This document shows positions 17,201 through 35,200 of a stretch of DNA of 64,000 nucleotides, piece by piece. The stretch spans positions 187,860,001-187,924,000 of the forward strand of contig OZ024743.1 in assembly GCA_964016885.1 (NCBI GenBank), in the 5' to 3' direction. The notes beneath the pieces are model-generated. The model was not told the origin of the DNA, made no database searches, and saw nothing but the letters and a program-made list of their open reading frames with translations. Within the stretch, counting starts at the first letter, position 1; every line of letters begins with the position of its first letter. The position numbers and the translations under genes were made by a program. This stretch comes from Eledone cirrhosa. Lineage: Eukaryota.

Positions 17201-20200
17201 ACTACAACACAGCAGCAGCAATAACAACAACAGTAACAACAGTAACAACTACAACAACAGCAGCAGCAATAACAACAACAGTAACAGTAGTAACAACTAC
17301 AACAACAGCAGCAGCAATAACAACAACAGTAACAACAGTAACAACTACAACAACAGCAGCAACAATAACAACAACAGTAACAATAGTAACAACTACAACA
17401 ACAGCAGCAGCAATAACAACAACAGTAACAGTAGTAACAACTACAACACAGCAGCAGCAATAACACAACAGTAACAAAAGTAGTAACAACTACAACAACA
17501 GCAGCAGCAATAACAACAACAGTAACAATAGTAACAACTACAACACAGCAGCAGCAATAACAACAACAGTAACAGTAGTAACAACTACAACACAGCAGCA
17601 GCAATAATAACAACAGTAACTGTAGTAACAACTACAACAACAGCAGCAGCAATAACAACAACAGTAACAGTAGTAACAACTACAACAACAGCAGCAGCAA
17701 TAACAACAACAGTAACAGTAGTAACAACTACAACAACAGCAGCAGCAATAACAACAACAGTAACAGTAGTAACAACTACAACAACAGCAGCAGCAATAAC
17801 AACAACAGTAACAGTAGTAACAACTAAAACAACAGCAGCAGCAATAATAACAACAGTAACTGTAGTAACAACTACAACAACAGCAGCAGCATTAACAACA
17901 ACAGTAACAAAAGTAGTAACAACTACAACACAGCAGCAGCAATAACAACAACAGTAACAACAGTAACAACTACAACAACAGCAGCAGCAATAACACAACA
18001 GTAACAACAGTAGTAACAACTACAACACAGCAGCAGCAATAACAACAACAGTAACAATAGTAACAACTACAACAACAGCAGCAGCAATAACAACAACAGT
18101 AACAATAGTAACAACTACAACAACAGCAGCAGCAATAACAACAACAGTAACAATAGTAGTAACAACTACAACAACAGCAGCAGCAATAATAACAACAATA
18201 ACTGTAGTAACAACTACAACAACAGCAGCAGCAATAACAACAACAGTAACAGTAGTAACAACTACAACACAGCAGCAGCAATAACAACAACAGTAACAAC
18301 AGTAACAACTACAACAACAGCTGCAGCAATAACACAACAGTAACAACAGTAGTAACAACTACAACACAGCAGCAGCAATAACAACAACAGTAACAGTAGT
18401 AACAACTACAACAACAGCAGCAGCAATAACAACAACAGTAACAGTAGTAACAACTACAACAACAGCAGCAGCAATAACAACAACAGTAACAGTAGTAACA
18501 ACTACAACAACAGCAGCAGCAATAATAACAACAGTAACTGTAGTAACAACTACAACAACAGCAGCAGCATTAACAACAACAGTAACAAAAGTAGTAACAA
18601 CTACAACACTGCAGCAGCAATAACAACAACAGTAACAATAGTAACAACTACAACAACAGCAGCAGCAATAACAACAACAGTAACAATAGTAACAACTACA
18701 ACAACAGCAGCAGCAATAATAACAACAGTAACTGTAGTAACAACTACAACAACAGCAGCAGCAATAACAACAACAGTAACTGTAGTAACAACTACAACAC
18801 AGCAGCAGCAATAACAACAACAGTAACAGTAGTAACAACTACAACAACAGCAGCAGCAATAACAACAACAACAGTCACAATACTAACAACTACAACAACA
18901 GCAGCAGCAATAAGAACAACAGTAACAATAGTAACAACTACAACAACAGCAGCAGCAATAACAACAACAGTAACAACAGTAACAACTACAACAACAGCAG
19001 CAGCAATAACAACAACAGTAACAGTAGTAACAACTACAACAACAGCAGCAGCAATAACAACAACAGTAACAACAGTAGTAACAACTACAACAACAGCAGC
19101 AGCAATAACAACAACAGTAACAATAGTAACAACTACAACAACAGCAGCAGCAATAACAACAACAGTAACAACAGTATTGACAACTACAACAACAGCAGCA
19201 GCAATAACAACAACAGTAACAACAGTAACAACTACAACAACAGCAGCAGCAATAACAACAACAGTAACAACAGTAGTAACAACTACAACAACTACAACAA
19301 CAGCAGCAGCAATAACAACGACAACAGTCACAATAGTTACAACTACAACACCAGCAGCAGCAATAACAACAACAGTAACTGTAGTAACAACTACAACACA
19401 GCAGCAGCAATAACAACAACAGTAACAGTAGTAACAACTACAACAACAGCAGCAGCAATAACAACAACAACAGTCACAATACTAACAACTACAACAACAG
19501 CAGCAGCAATAACAACAACAGTAACAATAGTAACAACTACAACAACAGCAGCAGCAATAACAACAACAACAGTAACAGTAGTAACAACTACAACAACAGC
19601 AGCAGCAATAACAACAACAGTAACAGTAGTAACAACTACAACAACAGCAGCAGCAATAACAACAACAACAGTAACAACAGTAGTAACAACTACAACACAG
19701 CAGCAGCAATAATAACAACAGCAACAGTAGTAACAACTACAACAACAGCAGCAGCAATAATAACAACAGTAACAGTAGTAACAACTACAACACAGCAGCA
19801 GCAATAACAACAACAGTAACAGTAGTAACAACTACAGCACATCAGCAGCAATAACAACAACAGTAACAATAGTAACAACTACAACAACAGCAGCAGCAAT
19901 AACAACAACAACAGTAACAGTAGTAACAACTACAGCACAGCAGCAGCAATAACAACAACAGTAACAATAGTAACAACTACAACAACAGCAGCAGCAGCAA
20001 TAACAACAACAACAGTAACACTAGTAACAACTACAACAACAGCAGCAGCAATAACAACAAGAGTAACAGTAGTAACAACTACAACAACAGCAGCAGCAAT
20101 AACAACAACAGTAACAGTAGTAACAACTACAGCACAGCAGCAGCAATAACAACAACAGTAACAATAGTAACAACTACAACAACAGCAGCAGCAATAACAA

Positions 20201-23200
20201 CAACAACAGTAACAATAGTTACAACTACAACAAAAGCAGCAGCAATAACAACAAGAGTAACAGTAGTAACAACTACAACAACAGCAGCAGCAATAACAAC
20301 AACAGTAAGAGTAGTAACAACTACAACAACAGCAGCAGCAATAACAACAACAGTAACAATAGTAACAACTACAACAACAGCAGCAGCAATAACAACAACA
20401 ACAGTCACGATAGTTACAACTACAACAAAAGCAGCAGCAATAACAACAACAGTAACAGTAGTAACAACTACAACAACAGCAGCAGCAATAACAACAACAG
20501 TAACAATAGTAACAACTACAACAACAGGAGCAGCAATAAAAACAACAGTAACAACAGTAACAACTACAACAACAGCAGCAGCAATAACAACAACAGTAAC
20601 AACAGTAACAACTACAACAACAGCAGCAGCAATAACAACAACAGTAACAATAGTAACAACTACAACAACAGCAGCAGCAATAACAACAACAGTAACAACA
20701 GTATTGACAACTACAACAACAGCAATAACAACAACAGTAACAACAGTAACAACTACAACAACAGCAGCAGCAATAACAACAACAGTAACAACAGTAGTAA
20801 CAACTACAACAACAGCAGCAGCAATAACAACAACAGTAACAATAGTAACAACTACAACAACAGCAGCAGAAATAACAACAACAGTAACAATAGTAACAAC
20901 TACAACAACAGCAGCAGCAATAACAACAACAGTAACAACAGTAGTAACAACTACAACAACAGCAGCAGCAATAACAACAACAGTAACAACAGTAGTAACA
21001 ACTACAACACAGCAGCAGCAATAACAACAACAGTAACAATAGTAACAACTACAACACAGCAGCAGCAATAACAACAACAGTAACAGTAGTAACAACTACA
21101 ACAACAGCAGCAGCAATAACAACAACAACAGTCACAATACTAACAACTACAACAACAGCAGCAGCAATAAGAACAACAGTAACAATAGTAACAACTACAA
21201 CAACAGCAGCAGCAATAACAACAACAGTAACAACAGTAACAACTACAACAACAGCAGCAGCAATAACAACAACAGTAACAGTAGTAACAACTACAACAAC
21301 AGCAGCAGCAATAACAACAACAGTAACAACAGTAGTAACAACTACAACAACAGCAGCAGCAATAACAACAACAGTAACAATAGTAACAACTACAACAACA
21401 GCAGCAGCAATAACAACAACAGTAACAATAGTAACAACTACAACAACAGCAGCAGCAATAATAACAACAGTAACTGTAGTAACAACTACAACAACAGCAG
21501 CAGCAATAACAACAACAGTAACTGTAGTAACAACTACAACACAGCAGCAGCAATAACAACAACAGTAACAGTAGTAACAACTACAACAACAGCAGCAGCA
21601 ATAACAACAACAACAGTCACAATACTAACAACTACAACAACAGCAGCAGCAATAAGAACAACAGTAACAATAGTAACAACTACAACAACAGCAGCAGCAA
21701 TAACAACAACAGTAACAACAGTAACAACTACAACAACAGCAGCAGCAATAACAACAACAGTAACAGTAGTAACAACTACAACAACAGCAGCAGCAATAAC
21801 AACAACAGTAACAACAGTAGTAACAACTACAACAACAGCAGCAGCAATAACAACAACAGTAACAATAGTAACAACTACAACAACAGCAGCAGCAATAACA
21901 ACAACAGTAACAACAGTATTGACAACTACAACAACAGCAGCAGCAATAACAACAACAGTAACAACAGTAACAACTACAACAACAGCAGCAGCAATAACAA
22001 CAACAGTAACAACAGTAGTAACAACTACAACAACTACAACAACAGCAGCAGCAATAACAACGACAACAGTCACAATAGTTACAACTACAACACCAGCAGC
22101 AGCAATAACAACAACAGTAACTGTAGTAACAACTACAACACAGCAGCAGCAATAACAACAACAGTAACAGTAGTAACAACTACAACAACAGCAGCAGCAA
22201 TAACAACAACAACAGTCACAATACTAACAACTACAACAACAGCAGCAGCAATAACAACAACAGTAACAATAGTAACAACTACAACAACAGCAGCAGCAAT
22301 AACAACAACAACAGTAACAGTAGTAACAACTACAACAACAGCAGCAGCAATAACAACAACAGTAACAGTAGTAACAACTACAACAACAGCAGCAGCAATA
22401 ACAACAACAACAGTAACAACAGTAGTAACAACTACAACACAGCAGCAGCAATAATAACAACAGCAACAGTAGTAACAACTACAACAACAGCAGCAGCAAT
22501 AATAACAACAGTAACAGTAGTAACAACTACAACACAGCAGCAGCAATAACAACAACAGTAACAGTAGTAACAACTACAGCACATCAGCAGCAATAACAAC
22601 AACAGTAACAATAGTAACAACTACAACAACAGCAGCAGCAATAACAACAACAACAGTAACAGTAGTAACAACTACAGCACAGCAGCAGCAATAACAACAA
22701 CAGTAACAATAGTAACAACTACAACAACAGCAGCAGCAGCAATAACAACAACAACAGTAACACTAGTAACAACTACAACAACAGCAGCAGCAATAACAAC
22801 AAGAGTAACAGTAGTAACAACTACAACAACAGCAGCAGCAATAACAACAACAGTAACAGTAGTAACAACTACAGCACAGAAGCAGCAATAACAACAACAG
22901 TAACAATAGTAACAACTACAACAACAGCAGCAGCAATAACAACAACAACAGTAACAATAGTTACAACTACAACAAAAGCAGCAGCAATAACAACAAGAGT
23001 AACAGTAGTAACAACTACAACAACAGCAGCAGCAATAACAACAACAGTAAGAGTAGTAACAACTACAACAACAGCAGCAGCAATAACAACAACAGTAACA
23101 ATAGTAACAACTACAACAACAGCAGCAGCAATAACAACAACAACAGTCACGATAGTTACAACTACAACAAAAGCAGCAGCAATAACAACAACAGTAACAG

Positions 23201-26200
23201 TAGTAACAACTACAACAACAGCAGCAGCAATAACAACAACAGTAACAATAGTAACAACTACAACAACAGGAGCAGCAATAAAAACAACAGTAACAACAGT
23301 AACAACTACAACAACAGCAGCAGCAATAACAACAACAGTAACAACAGTAACAACTACAACAACAGCAGCAGCAATAACAACAACAGTAACAATAGTAACA
23401 ACTACAACAACAGCAGCAGCAATAACAACAACAACAGTAACAATAGTAACAACTACAACAACTGCAGCAGCAATAACAACAACAACAGTCACAATACTAA
23501 CAACTACAACACCAGCAGCAGCAATAACAACAACAGTAACTGTAGTAACAACTACAACACAGCAGCAGCAATAACAACAACAGTAACAGTAGTAACAACT
23601 ACAACAACAGCAGCAGCAATAACAACAACAACAGTCACACTACTAACAACTACAACAACAGCAGCAGCAATAACAACAACAGTAACAATAGTAACAACTA
23701 CAACAACAGCAGCAGCAATAACAACAACAGTCACAACAGTAACAACTACAACAACAGCAGCAGCAATAACAACAACAGTAACAGTAGTAACAACTACAAC
23801 AACAGCAGCAGCAATAACAACAACAGTAACAACAGTAAGAACTACAACAACAGCAGCAGCAATAACAACAACAGTAACAATAGTAACAACTACAACAACA
23901 GCAGCAGCAATAACAACAACAGTAACAGTAGTAACAACTACAACAACCACAGCAGCAATAACAACAACGGTAACAACAGTAGTAACAGCTACAACAACAG
24001 CAGCAGCTATAACAACAACAGTAACAGTAGTAACAACTACAACAACTACAACAACAGCAGCAGCAATAACAACAACAACAGTCACAATAGTTACAACTAC
24101 AACAAAAGCAGCAGCAATAACAACAACAGTAACAGTAGTAACAACTACAACAACAGTAGCAGCAATAACAACAACAGTAACAATAGTAACAACTACAACA
24201 ACAGCAGCAGCAATAACAACAACAGTAACAATAGTAACAACTACAACAACAGCAGCAGCAATAACAACAACAGTAACAATAGTAACAACTACAACAACAG
24301 CAGCAGCAATAACAACAACAACAGTAACAATAGTAACAACTACAACAACAGCAGCAGCAATAACAACAACAGTAACAACAGTAGTAACAACTACAACAAC
24401 AGCAGCAGCAATAACAACAACAGTAACAACAGTAGTAACAACTACAACAACAGCAGCAGCAATAACAACAACAGTAACAATAGTAACAACTACAACAACA
24501 GCAGCAGAAATAACAACAACAGTAACAATAGTAACAACTACAACAACAGCAGCAGCAATAACAACAACAGTAACAACAGTAGTAACAACTACAACAACAG
24601 CAGCAGCAATAACAACAACAGTAACAACAGTAGTAACAACTACAACACAGCAGCAGCAATAACAACAACAGTAACAATAGTAACAACTACAACACAGCAG
24701 CAGCAATAACAACAACAGTAACAGTAGTAACAACTATCACAACAGCAGCAGCAATAACAAGAAACAGTAACAACAGTAAGAGTAGTAACAACTACAACAA
24801 CAGCAGCAGCAATAACAACAACAACAGTCACAATAGTTACAACTACAACAAAAGCAGCAGCAATAACAACAACAGTAACAGTAGTAACAACTACAACAAC
24901 AGCAGCAGCAATAACAACAACAGTAACAATAGTAACAACTACAACACAGCAGCAGCAATAACAACAACAGTAACAGTAGTAACAACTACCACAACAGCAG
25001 CAGCAATAACAAGAAACAGTAACAACAGTAAGAGTAGTAACAACTACAACAACAGCAGCAGCAATAACAACAACAACAGTCACAATAGTTACAACTACAA
25101 CAAAAGCAGCAGCAATAACAACAACAGTAACAATAGTAACAACTACAACAACAGCAGCAGCAATAAAAACAACAGTAACAACAGTAACAACTACAACAAC
25201 AGCAGCAGCAATAACAACAACACTAACAATAGTAACAACTACAACAACAGCAGCAGCAATAAAAACAACAGTAACAACAGTAACAACTACAACAACAGCA
25301 GCAGCAATAACAACAACAGTAACAATAGTAACAACTACAACAACAGCAGCAGCAATAACAACAACAACAGTAACAATAGTAACAACTACAACAACTGCAG
25401 CAGCAATAACAACAACAACAGTCACAATACTAACAACTACAACAACAGCAGCAGCAATAACAACAACAGTAACTGTAGTAACAACTACAACACAGCAGCA
25501 GCAATAACAACAACAGTAACAGTAGTAACAACTACAACAACAGCAGCAGCAATAACAACAACAACAGTCACAATACTAACAACTACAACAACAGCAGCAG
25601 CAATAACAACAACAGTAACAATAGTAACAACTACAACAACAGCAGCAGCAATAACAACAACAGTAACAACAGTAACAACTACAACAACAGCAGCAGCAAT
25701 AACAACAACAGTAACAGTAGTAACAACTACAACAACAAAAGCAGCAATAACAACAACAGTAACAACAGTAACAACTACAACAACAGCAGCAGCAATAACA
25801 ACAACAGTAACAATAGTAACAACTACAACAACAGCAGCAGCAATAACAACAACAGTAACAGTAGTAACAACTACAACACAGCAGCAGCAATAACACAACA
25901 GTAACAAAAGTAGTAACAACTACAACAACAGCAGCAGCAATAACAACAACAGTAACAATAGTAACAACTACAACACAGCAGCAGCAATAACAACAACAGT
26001 AACAGTAGTAACAACTACAACACAGCAGCAGCAATAATAACAACAGTAACTGTAGTAACAACTACAACAACAGCAGCAGCAATAACAACAACAGTAACAG
26101 TAGTAACAACTACAACAACAGCAGCAGCAATAACAACAACAGTAACAGTAGTAACAACTACAACAACAGCAGCAGCAATAACAACAACAGTAACAGTAGT

Positions 26201-29200
26201 AACAACTACAACAACAGCAGCAGCAATAACAACAACAGTAACAGTGGTAACAACTACAACAACAGCAGCAGCAATAATAACAACAGTAACTGTAGTAACA
26301 ACTACAACTACAGCAGCAGCATTAACAACAACAGTAACAAAAGTAGTAACAACTACAACACAGCAGCAGCAATAACAACAACAGTAACAACAGTAACAAC
26401 TACAACAACAGCAGCAGCAATAACACAACAATAACAACAGTAGTAACAACTACAACACAGCAGCAGCAATAACAACAACAGTAACAATAGTAACAACTAC
26501 AACAACAGCAGCAGCAATAACAACAACAGTAACAATAGTGACAACTACAACAACAGCAGCAGCAATAACAACAACAGTAACAATAGTAGTAACAACTACA
26601 ACAACAGCAGCAGCAATAATAACAACAATAACTGTAGTAACAACTACAACAACAGCAGCAGCAATAACAACAACAGTAACAGTAGTAACAACTACAACAC
26701 AGCAGCAGCAATAACAACAACAGTAACAACAGTAACAACTACAACAACAGCTGCAGCAATAACACAACAGTAACAACAGTAGTAACAACTACAACACAGC
26801 AGCAGCAATAACAACAACAGTAACAGTAGTAACAACTACAACAACAGCAGCAGCAATAACAACAACAGTAACAGTAGTAACAACTACAACAACAGCAGCA
26901 GCAATAACAACAACAGTAACAGTAGTAACAACTACAACAACAGCAGCAGCAATAACAACAACAGTAAGAGTAGTAACAACTACAACAACAGCAGCAGCAA
27001 TAACAACAACAGTAACAATAGTAGTAACAACTACAACAACAGCAACAGCAATAACAACAACAGTAAGAGTAGTAACAACTACAACAACAGCAGCAGCAAT
27101 AACAACAACAGTAACAGTAGTAACAACTACAACAACAGCAGCAGCAATAACAACAACAGTAACAACAGTAACAACTACAACAACAGCAGCAGCAATAACA
27201 ACAACAGTAACAACAGTAACAACTACAACAACAGCAGCAGCAATAACAACAACAGTAACAACAGCAGCAGCAATAACAACAACAGTAACAGTAGTAACGA
27301 CTACAACAACAGCAGCAGCAATAACAACAACGGTAACAACAGTAGTAACAACTACAACAACAGCAGCAGCAATAACAACAACAGTAACAACAGCAGCAGC
27401 AATAACAACAACAGTAACAGTAGTAACAACTACAACAACTACAACAACAGCAGCAGCAATAACAACAACGGTAACAACAGTAGTAACAACTACAACAACA
27501 GCAGCAGCAATAACAACAACTGTAACAATAGTAACAACTACAACAACAGCAGCAGCAATAACAACAACAGTAACAATAGTAACAACTACAACAACAGCAG
27601 CAGCAATAACAACAACAGTAACAACAGTAGTAACAACTACAACAACAGCAGCAGCAATAACAACAACAGTAACAACAGTAGTAACAACTACAACAACAGC
27701 AGCAGCAATAACAACAACAGTAACAACAGTAGTAACAACTACAACAACAGCAGCAGCAATAACAACAACAGTAACAACAATAGTAACAACTACAACAACA
27801 GCAGCAGCAATAACAACAACAACAGTAACAATAGTAACAACTACAACACAGCAGCAGCAATAACAACAACAGTAACAACTACAACCCAGCAGCAGCAATA
27901 ACAACATCAGTAACAACAGTAGTAACAACTACAACAACAGCAGCAGCAATAATAACAACAGTAACTGTAGTAACAACTACAACAACAGCAGCAGCAATAA
28001 CAACAACAGTAACAACAGTAGTAACAACTACAACACAGCAGCAATAACAACAACAGTAACAATAGTAACAACTACAACAACAGCAGCAGCAATAACAACA
28101 ACAGTAACAATAGTAACAACTACAACAACAGCAGCAGCAATAACAACAACAACAGTAACAATAGAACAACTACAACAACAGCAGCAGCAATAACAACAAC
28201 AGTAACAATAGTAACAACTACAACAACAGCAGCAGCAATAACAACAACAGTAACAGTAGTAACAACTACAACACAGCAGCAGCAATAACACAACAGTAAC
28301 AAAAGTAGTAACAACTACAACAACAGCAGCAGCAATAACAACAACAGTAACAATAGTAACAACTACAACACAACAGCAGCAATAACAACAACAGTAACAG
28401 TAGTATCAACTACAACACAGCAGCAGCAATAACAACAACAGTAACAACAGTAACAACTACAACAACAGCAGCAGCAATAACACAACAGTAACAACAGTAG
28501 TAACAACTACAACACAGCAGCAGCAATAACAACAACAGTAACAATAGTAACAACTACAACAACAGCAGCAGCAATAACAACAACAGTAACAATAGTAACA
28601 ACTACAACAACAGCAGCAGCAATAACAACAACAGTAACAATAGTAGTAACAACTACAACAACAGCAGCAGCAATAATAACAACAGTAACTGTAGTAACAA
28701 CTACAACAACAGCAGCAGCAATAACAACAACAGTAACAGTAGTAACAACTACAACACAGCAGCAGCAATAACAACAACAGTAACAACAGTAACAACTACA
28801 ACAACAGCTGCAGCAATAACACAACAGTAACAACAGTAGTAACAACTACAACACAGCAGCAGCAATAACAACAACAGTAACAATAGTAACAACTACAACA
28901 ACAGCAGCAGCAATAACAACAACAGTAACAATAGTAACAACTACAACAACAGCAGCAGCAATAACAACAACAGTAACAGTAGTAACAACTACAACAACAG
29001 CAGCAGCAATAACAACAACAACAGTCACAATACTAACAACTACAACAACAGCAGCAGCAATAACAACAACAGTAACAATAGTAACAACTACAACAACAGC
29101 AGCAGCAATAACAACAACAGTAACAACAGTAACAACTACAATAACAGCAGCAGCAATAACAACAACAGTAACAGTAGTAACAACTACAACAACAGCAGCA

Positions 29201-32200
29201 GCAATAACAACAACAGTAACAACAGTAACAACTACAACAACAGCAGCAGCAATAACAACAACAGTAACAATAGTAACAACTACAACAACAGCAGCAGCAA
29301 TAACAACAACAGTAACAATAGTAGTAACAACTACAACAACAGCAGCAGCAATAACAACAACAGTAACAACAGTAACAACTACAACAACAGCAGCAGCAAT
29401 AACAACAACAGTAACAGTAGTAACAACTACAACAACAGCAGCAGCAATAACAACAACAGTAACAACAGTAACAACTACAACAACAGCAGCAGCAATAACA
29501 ACAACAATAACAACAGTAACAACTACAACAACAGCAGCCGCAATAACAACAACAGTAACAACAGCAGCAGCAATAACAACAACAGTAACAGTAGTAACGA
29601 CTACAACAACAGCAGCAGCAATAACAACAACGGTAACAACAGTAGTAACAGCTACAACAACAGCAGCAGCAATAACAACAACAGTAACAACAATAGTAAC
29701 AACTACAACAACAGCAGCAGCAATAACAACAACAACAGTAACAATAGTAACAACTACAACACAGCAGCAGCAATAACAACAACAGTAACAACTACAACCC
29801 AGCAGCAGCAATAACAACAACAGTAACAACAGTAGTAACAACTACAACAACAGCAGCAGCAATAATAACAACAGTAACTGTAGTAACAACTACAACAACA
29901 GCAGCAGCAATAACAACAACAGTAACAACAGTAGTAACAACTACAACACAGCAGCAATAACAACAACAGTAACAATAGTAACAACTACAACAACAGCAGC
30001 AGCAATAACAACAACAGTAACAATAGTAACAACTACAACAACAGCAGCAGCAATAACAACAACAACAGTAACAATAGTAACAACTACAACAACAGCAGCA
30101 GCAATAACAACAACAGTAACAATAGTAACAACTACAACAACAGCAGCAGCAATAACAACAACAGTAACAGTAGTAACAACTACAACACAGCAGCAGCAAT
30201 AACACAACAGTAACAAAAGTAGTAACAACTACAACAACAGCAGCAGCAATAACAACAACAGTAACAATAGTAACAACTACAACACAGCAGCAGCAATAAC
30301 AACAACAGTAACAGTAGTATCAACTACAACACAGCAGCAGCAATAATAACAACAGTAACTGTAGTAACAACTACAACAACAGCAGGAGCAATAACAACAA
30401 CAGTAACAGTAGTAACAACTACAACAACAGCAGCAGCAATAACAACAACAGTAACAGTAGTAACAACTACAACAACAGCAGCAGCAATAACAACAACAGT
30501 AACAGTAGTAACAACTACAACAACAGCAGCAGCAATAACAACAACAGTAACAGTAGTAACAACTACAACAACAGCAGCAGCAATAATAACAACAGTAACT
30601 GTAGTAACAACTACAACAACAGCAGCAGCATTAACAACAACAGTAACAAAAGTAGTAACAACTACAACACAGCAGCAGCAATAACAACAACAGTAACAAC
30701 AGTAACAACTACAACAACAGCAGCAGCAATAACACAACAGTAACAACAGTAGTAACAACTACAACACAGCAGCAGCAATAACAACAACAGTAACAATAGT
30801 AACAACTACAACAACAGCAGCAGCAATAACAACAACAGTAACAATAGTAACAACTACAACAACAGCAGCAGCAATAACAACAACAGTAACAATAGTAGTA
30901 ACAACTACAACAACAGCAGCAGCAATAATAACAACAGTAACTGTAGTAACAACTACAACAACAGCAGCAGCAATAACAACAACAGTAACAGTAGTAACAA
31001 CTACAACACAGCAGCAGCAATAACAACAACAGTAACAACAGTAACAACTACAACAACAGCTGCAGCAATAATACAACAGTAACAACAGTAGTAACAACTA
31101 CAACACAGCAGCAGCAATAACAACAACAGTAACAATAGTAACAACTACAACAACAGCAGCAGCAATAACAACAACAGTAACAATAGTAACAACTACAACA
31201 ACAGCAGCAGCAATAACAACAACAGTAACAGTAGTAACAACTACAACAACAGCAGCAGCAATAACAACAACAACAGTCACAATACTAACAACTACAACAA
31301 CAGCAGCAGCAATAACAACAACAGTAACAATAGTAACAACTACAACAACAGCAGCAGCAATAACAACAACAGTAACAACAGTAACAACTACAACAACAGC
31401 AGCAGCAATAACAACAACAGTAACAGTAGTAACAACTACAACAACAGCAGCAGCAATAACAACAACAGTAACAACAGTAACAACTACAACAACAGCAGCA
31501 GCAATAACAACAACAGTAACAATAGTAACAACTACAACAACAGCAGCAGCAATAACAACAACAGTAACAGTAGTAACAACTACAACACAGCAGCAGCAAT
31601 AACACAACAGTAACAAAAGTAGTAACAACTACAACAACAGCAGCAGCAATAACAACAACAGTAACAATAGTAACAACTACAACACAGCAGCAGCAATAAC
31701 AACAACAGTAACAGTAGTAACAACTACAACACAGCAGCAGCAATAATAACAACAGTAACTGTAGTAACAACTACAACAACAGCAGCAGCAATAACAACAA
31801 CAGTAACAGTAGTAACAACTACAACAACAGCAGCAGCAATAACAACAACAGTAACAGTAGTAACAACTACAACAACAGCAGCAGCAATAACAACAACAGT
31901 AACAGTAGTAACAACTACAACAACAGCAGCAGCAATAACAAAAACAGTAACAGTAGTAACAACTACAACAACAGCAGCAGCAATAATAACAACAGTAACT
32001 GTAGTAACAACTACAACAACAGCAGCAGCATTAACAACAACAGTAACAAAAGTAGTAACAACTACAACACAGCAGCAGCAATAACAACAACAGTAACAAC
32101 AGTAACAACTACAACAACAGCAGCAGCAATAACAACAACAGTAACAGTAGTAACAACTACAACAACAGCAGCAGCAATAACAACAACAGTAACAGTAGTA

Positions 32201-35200
32201 ACAACTACAACAACAGCAGCAGCAATAACAACAACAGTAAGAGTAGTAACAACTACAACAACAGCAGCAGCAATAACAACAACAGTAACAATAGTAGTAA
32301 CAACTACAACAACAGCAGCAGCAATAACAACAACAGTAACAGTAGTAACAACTACAACAACAGCAGCAGCAATAATAACAACAGTAACTGTAGTAACAAC
32401 TACAACAACAGCAGCAGCATTAACAACAACAGTAACAAAAGTAGTAACAACTACAACACAGCAGCAGCAATAACAACAACAGTAACAACAGTAACAACTA
32501 CAACAACAGCAGCAGCAATAACACAACAGTAACAACAGTAGTAACAACTACAACACAGCAGCAGCAATAACAACAACAGTAACAATAGTAACAACTACAA
32601 CAACAGCAGCAGCAATAACAACAACAGTAACAATAGTAACAACTACAACAACAGCAGCAGCAATAACAACAACAGTAACAATAGAAGTAACAACTACAAC
32701 AACAGCAGCAGCAATAATAACAACAGTAACTGTAGTAACAACTACAACAACAGCAGCAGCAATAACAACAACAGTAACAGTAGTAACAACTACAAAACAG
32801 CAGCAGCAATAACAACAACAGTAACAACAGTAACAACTACAACAACAGCTGCAGCAATAACACAACAGTAACAACAGTAGTAACAACTACAACACAGCAG
32901 CAGCAATAACAACAACAGTAACAATAGTAACAACTACAACAACAGCAGCAGCAATAACAACAACAGTAACAATAGTAACAACTACAACAACAGCAGCAGC
33001 AATAACAACAACAGTAACAGTAGTAACAACTACAACAACAGCAGCAGCAATAACAACAACAACAGTCACAATACTAACAACTACAACAACAGCAGCAGCA
33101 ATAACAACAACAGTAACAATAGTAACAACTACAACAACAGCAGCAGCAATAACAACAACAGTAACAACAGTAACAACTACAACAACAGCAGCAGCAATAA
33201 CAACAACAGTAACAGTAGTAACAACTACAACAACAGCAGCAGCAATAACAACAACAGTAACAACAGTAACAACTACAACAACAGCAGCAGCAATAACAAC
33301 AACAGTAACAATAGTAACAACTACAACAACAGCAGCAGCAATAACAACAACAGTAACAGTAGTAACAACTACAACACAGCAGCAGCAATAACACAACAGT
33401 AACAAAAGTAGTAACAACTACAACAACAGCAGCAGCAATAACAACAACAGTAACAATAGTAACAACTACAACACAGCAGCAGCAATAACAACAACAGTAA
33501 CAGTAGTAACAACTACAACACAGCAGCAGCAATAATAACAACAGTAACTGTAGTAACAACTACAACAACAGCAGCAGCAATAACAACAACAGTAACAGTA
33601 GTAACAACTACAACAACAGCAGCAGCAATAACAACAACAGTAACAGTAGTAACAACTACAACAACAGCAGCAGCAATAACAACAACAGTAACAGTAGTAA
33701 CAACTACAACAACAGCAGCAGCAATAACAACAACAGTAACAGTAGTAACAACTACAACAACAGCAGCAGCAATAATAACAACAGTAACTGTAGTAACAAC
33801 TACAACAACAGCAGCAGCATTAACAACAACAGTAACAAAAGTAGTAACAACTACAACACAGCAGCAGCAATAACAACAACAGTAACAACAGTAACAACTA
33901 CAACAACAGCTGCAGCAATAACACAACAGTAACAACAGTAGTAACAACTACAACACAGCAGCAGCAATAACAACAACAGTAACAGTAGTAACAACTACAA
34001 CAACAGCAGCAGCAATAACAACAACAGTAACAGTAGTAACAACTACAACAACAGCAGCAGCAATAACAACAACAACAGTCACAATACTAACAACTACAAC
34101 AACAGCAGCAGCAATAACAACAACAGTAACAATAGTAACAACTACAACAACAGCAGCAGCAATAACAACAACAGTAACAACAGTAACAACTACAACAACA
34201 GCAGCAGCAATAACAACAACAGTAACAGTAGTAACAACTACAACAACAGCAGCAGCAATAACAACAACAGTAACAACAGTAACAACTACAACAACAGCAG
34301 CAGCAATAACAACAACAGTAACAATAGTAACAACTACAACAACAGCAGCAGCAATAACAACAACAGTAACAGTAGTAACAACTACAACACAGCAGCAGCA
34401 ATAACACAACAGTAACAAAAGTAGTAACAACTACAACAACAGCAGCAGCAATAACAACAACAGTAACAATAGTAACAACTACAACACAGCAGCAGCAATA
34501 ACAACAACAGTAACAGTAGTAACAACTACAACACAGCAGCAGCAATAATAACAACAGTAACTGTAGTAACAACTACAACAACAGCAGCAGCAATAACAAC
34601 AACAGTAACAGTAGTAACAACTACAACAACAGCAGCAGCAATAACAACAACAGTAACAGTAGTAACAACTACAACAACAGCAGCAGCAATAACAACAACA
34701 GTAACAGTAGTAACAACTACAACAACAGCAGCAGCAATAACAACAACAGTAACAGTAGTAACAACTACAACAACAGCAGCAGCAATAATAACAACAGTAA
34801 CTGTAGTAACAACTACAACAACAGCAGCAGCATTAACAACAACAGTAACAAAAGTAGTAACAACTACAACACAGCAGCAGCAATAACAACAACAGTAACA
34901 ACAGTAACAACTACAACAACAGCTGCAGCAATAACACAACAGTAACAACAGTAGTAACAACTACAACACAGCAGCAGCAATAACAACAACAGTAACAGTA
35001 GTAACAACTACAACAACAGCAGCAGCAATAACAACAACAGTAACAGTAGTAACAACTACAACAACAGCAGCAGCAATAACAACAACAGTAAGAGTAGTAA
35101 CAACTACAACAACAGCAGCAGCAATAACAACAACAGTAAGAGTAGTAACAACTACAACAACAGCAGCAGCAATAACAACAACAGTAACAATAGTAGTAAC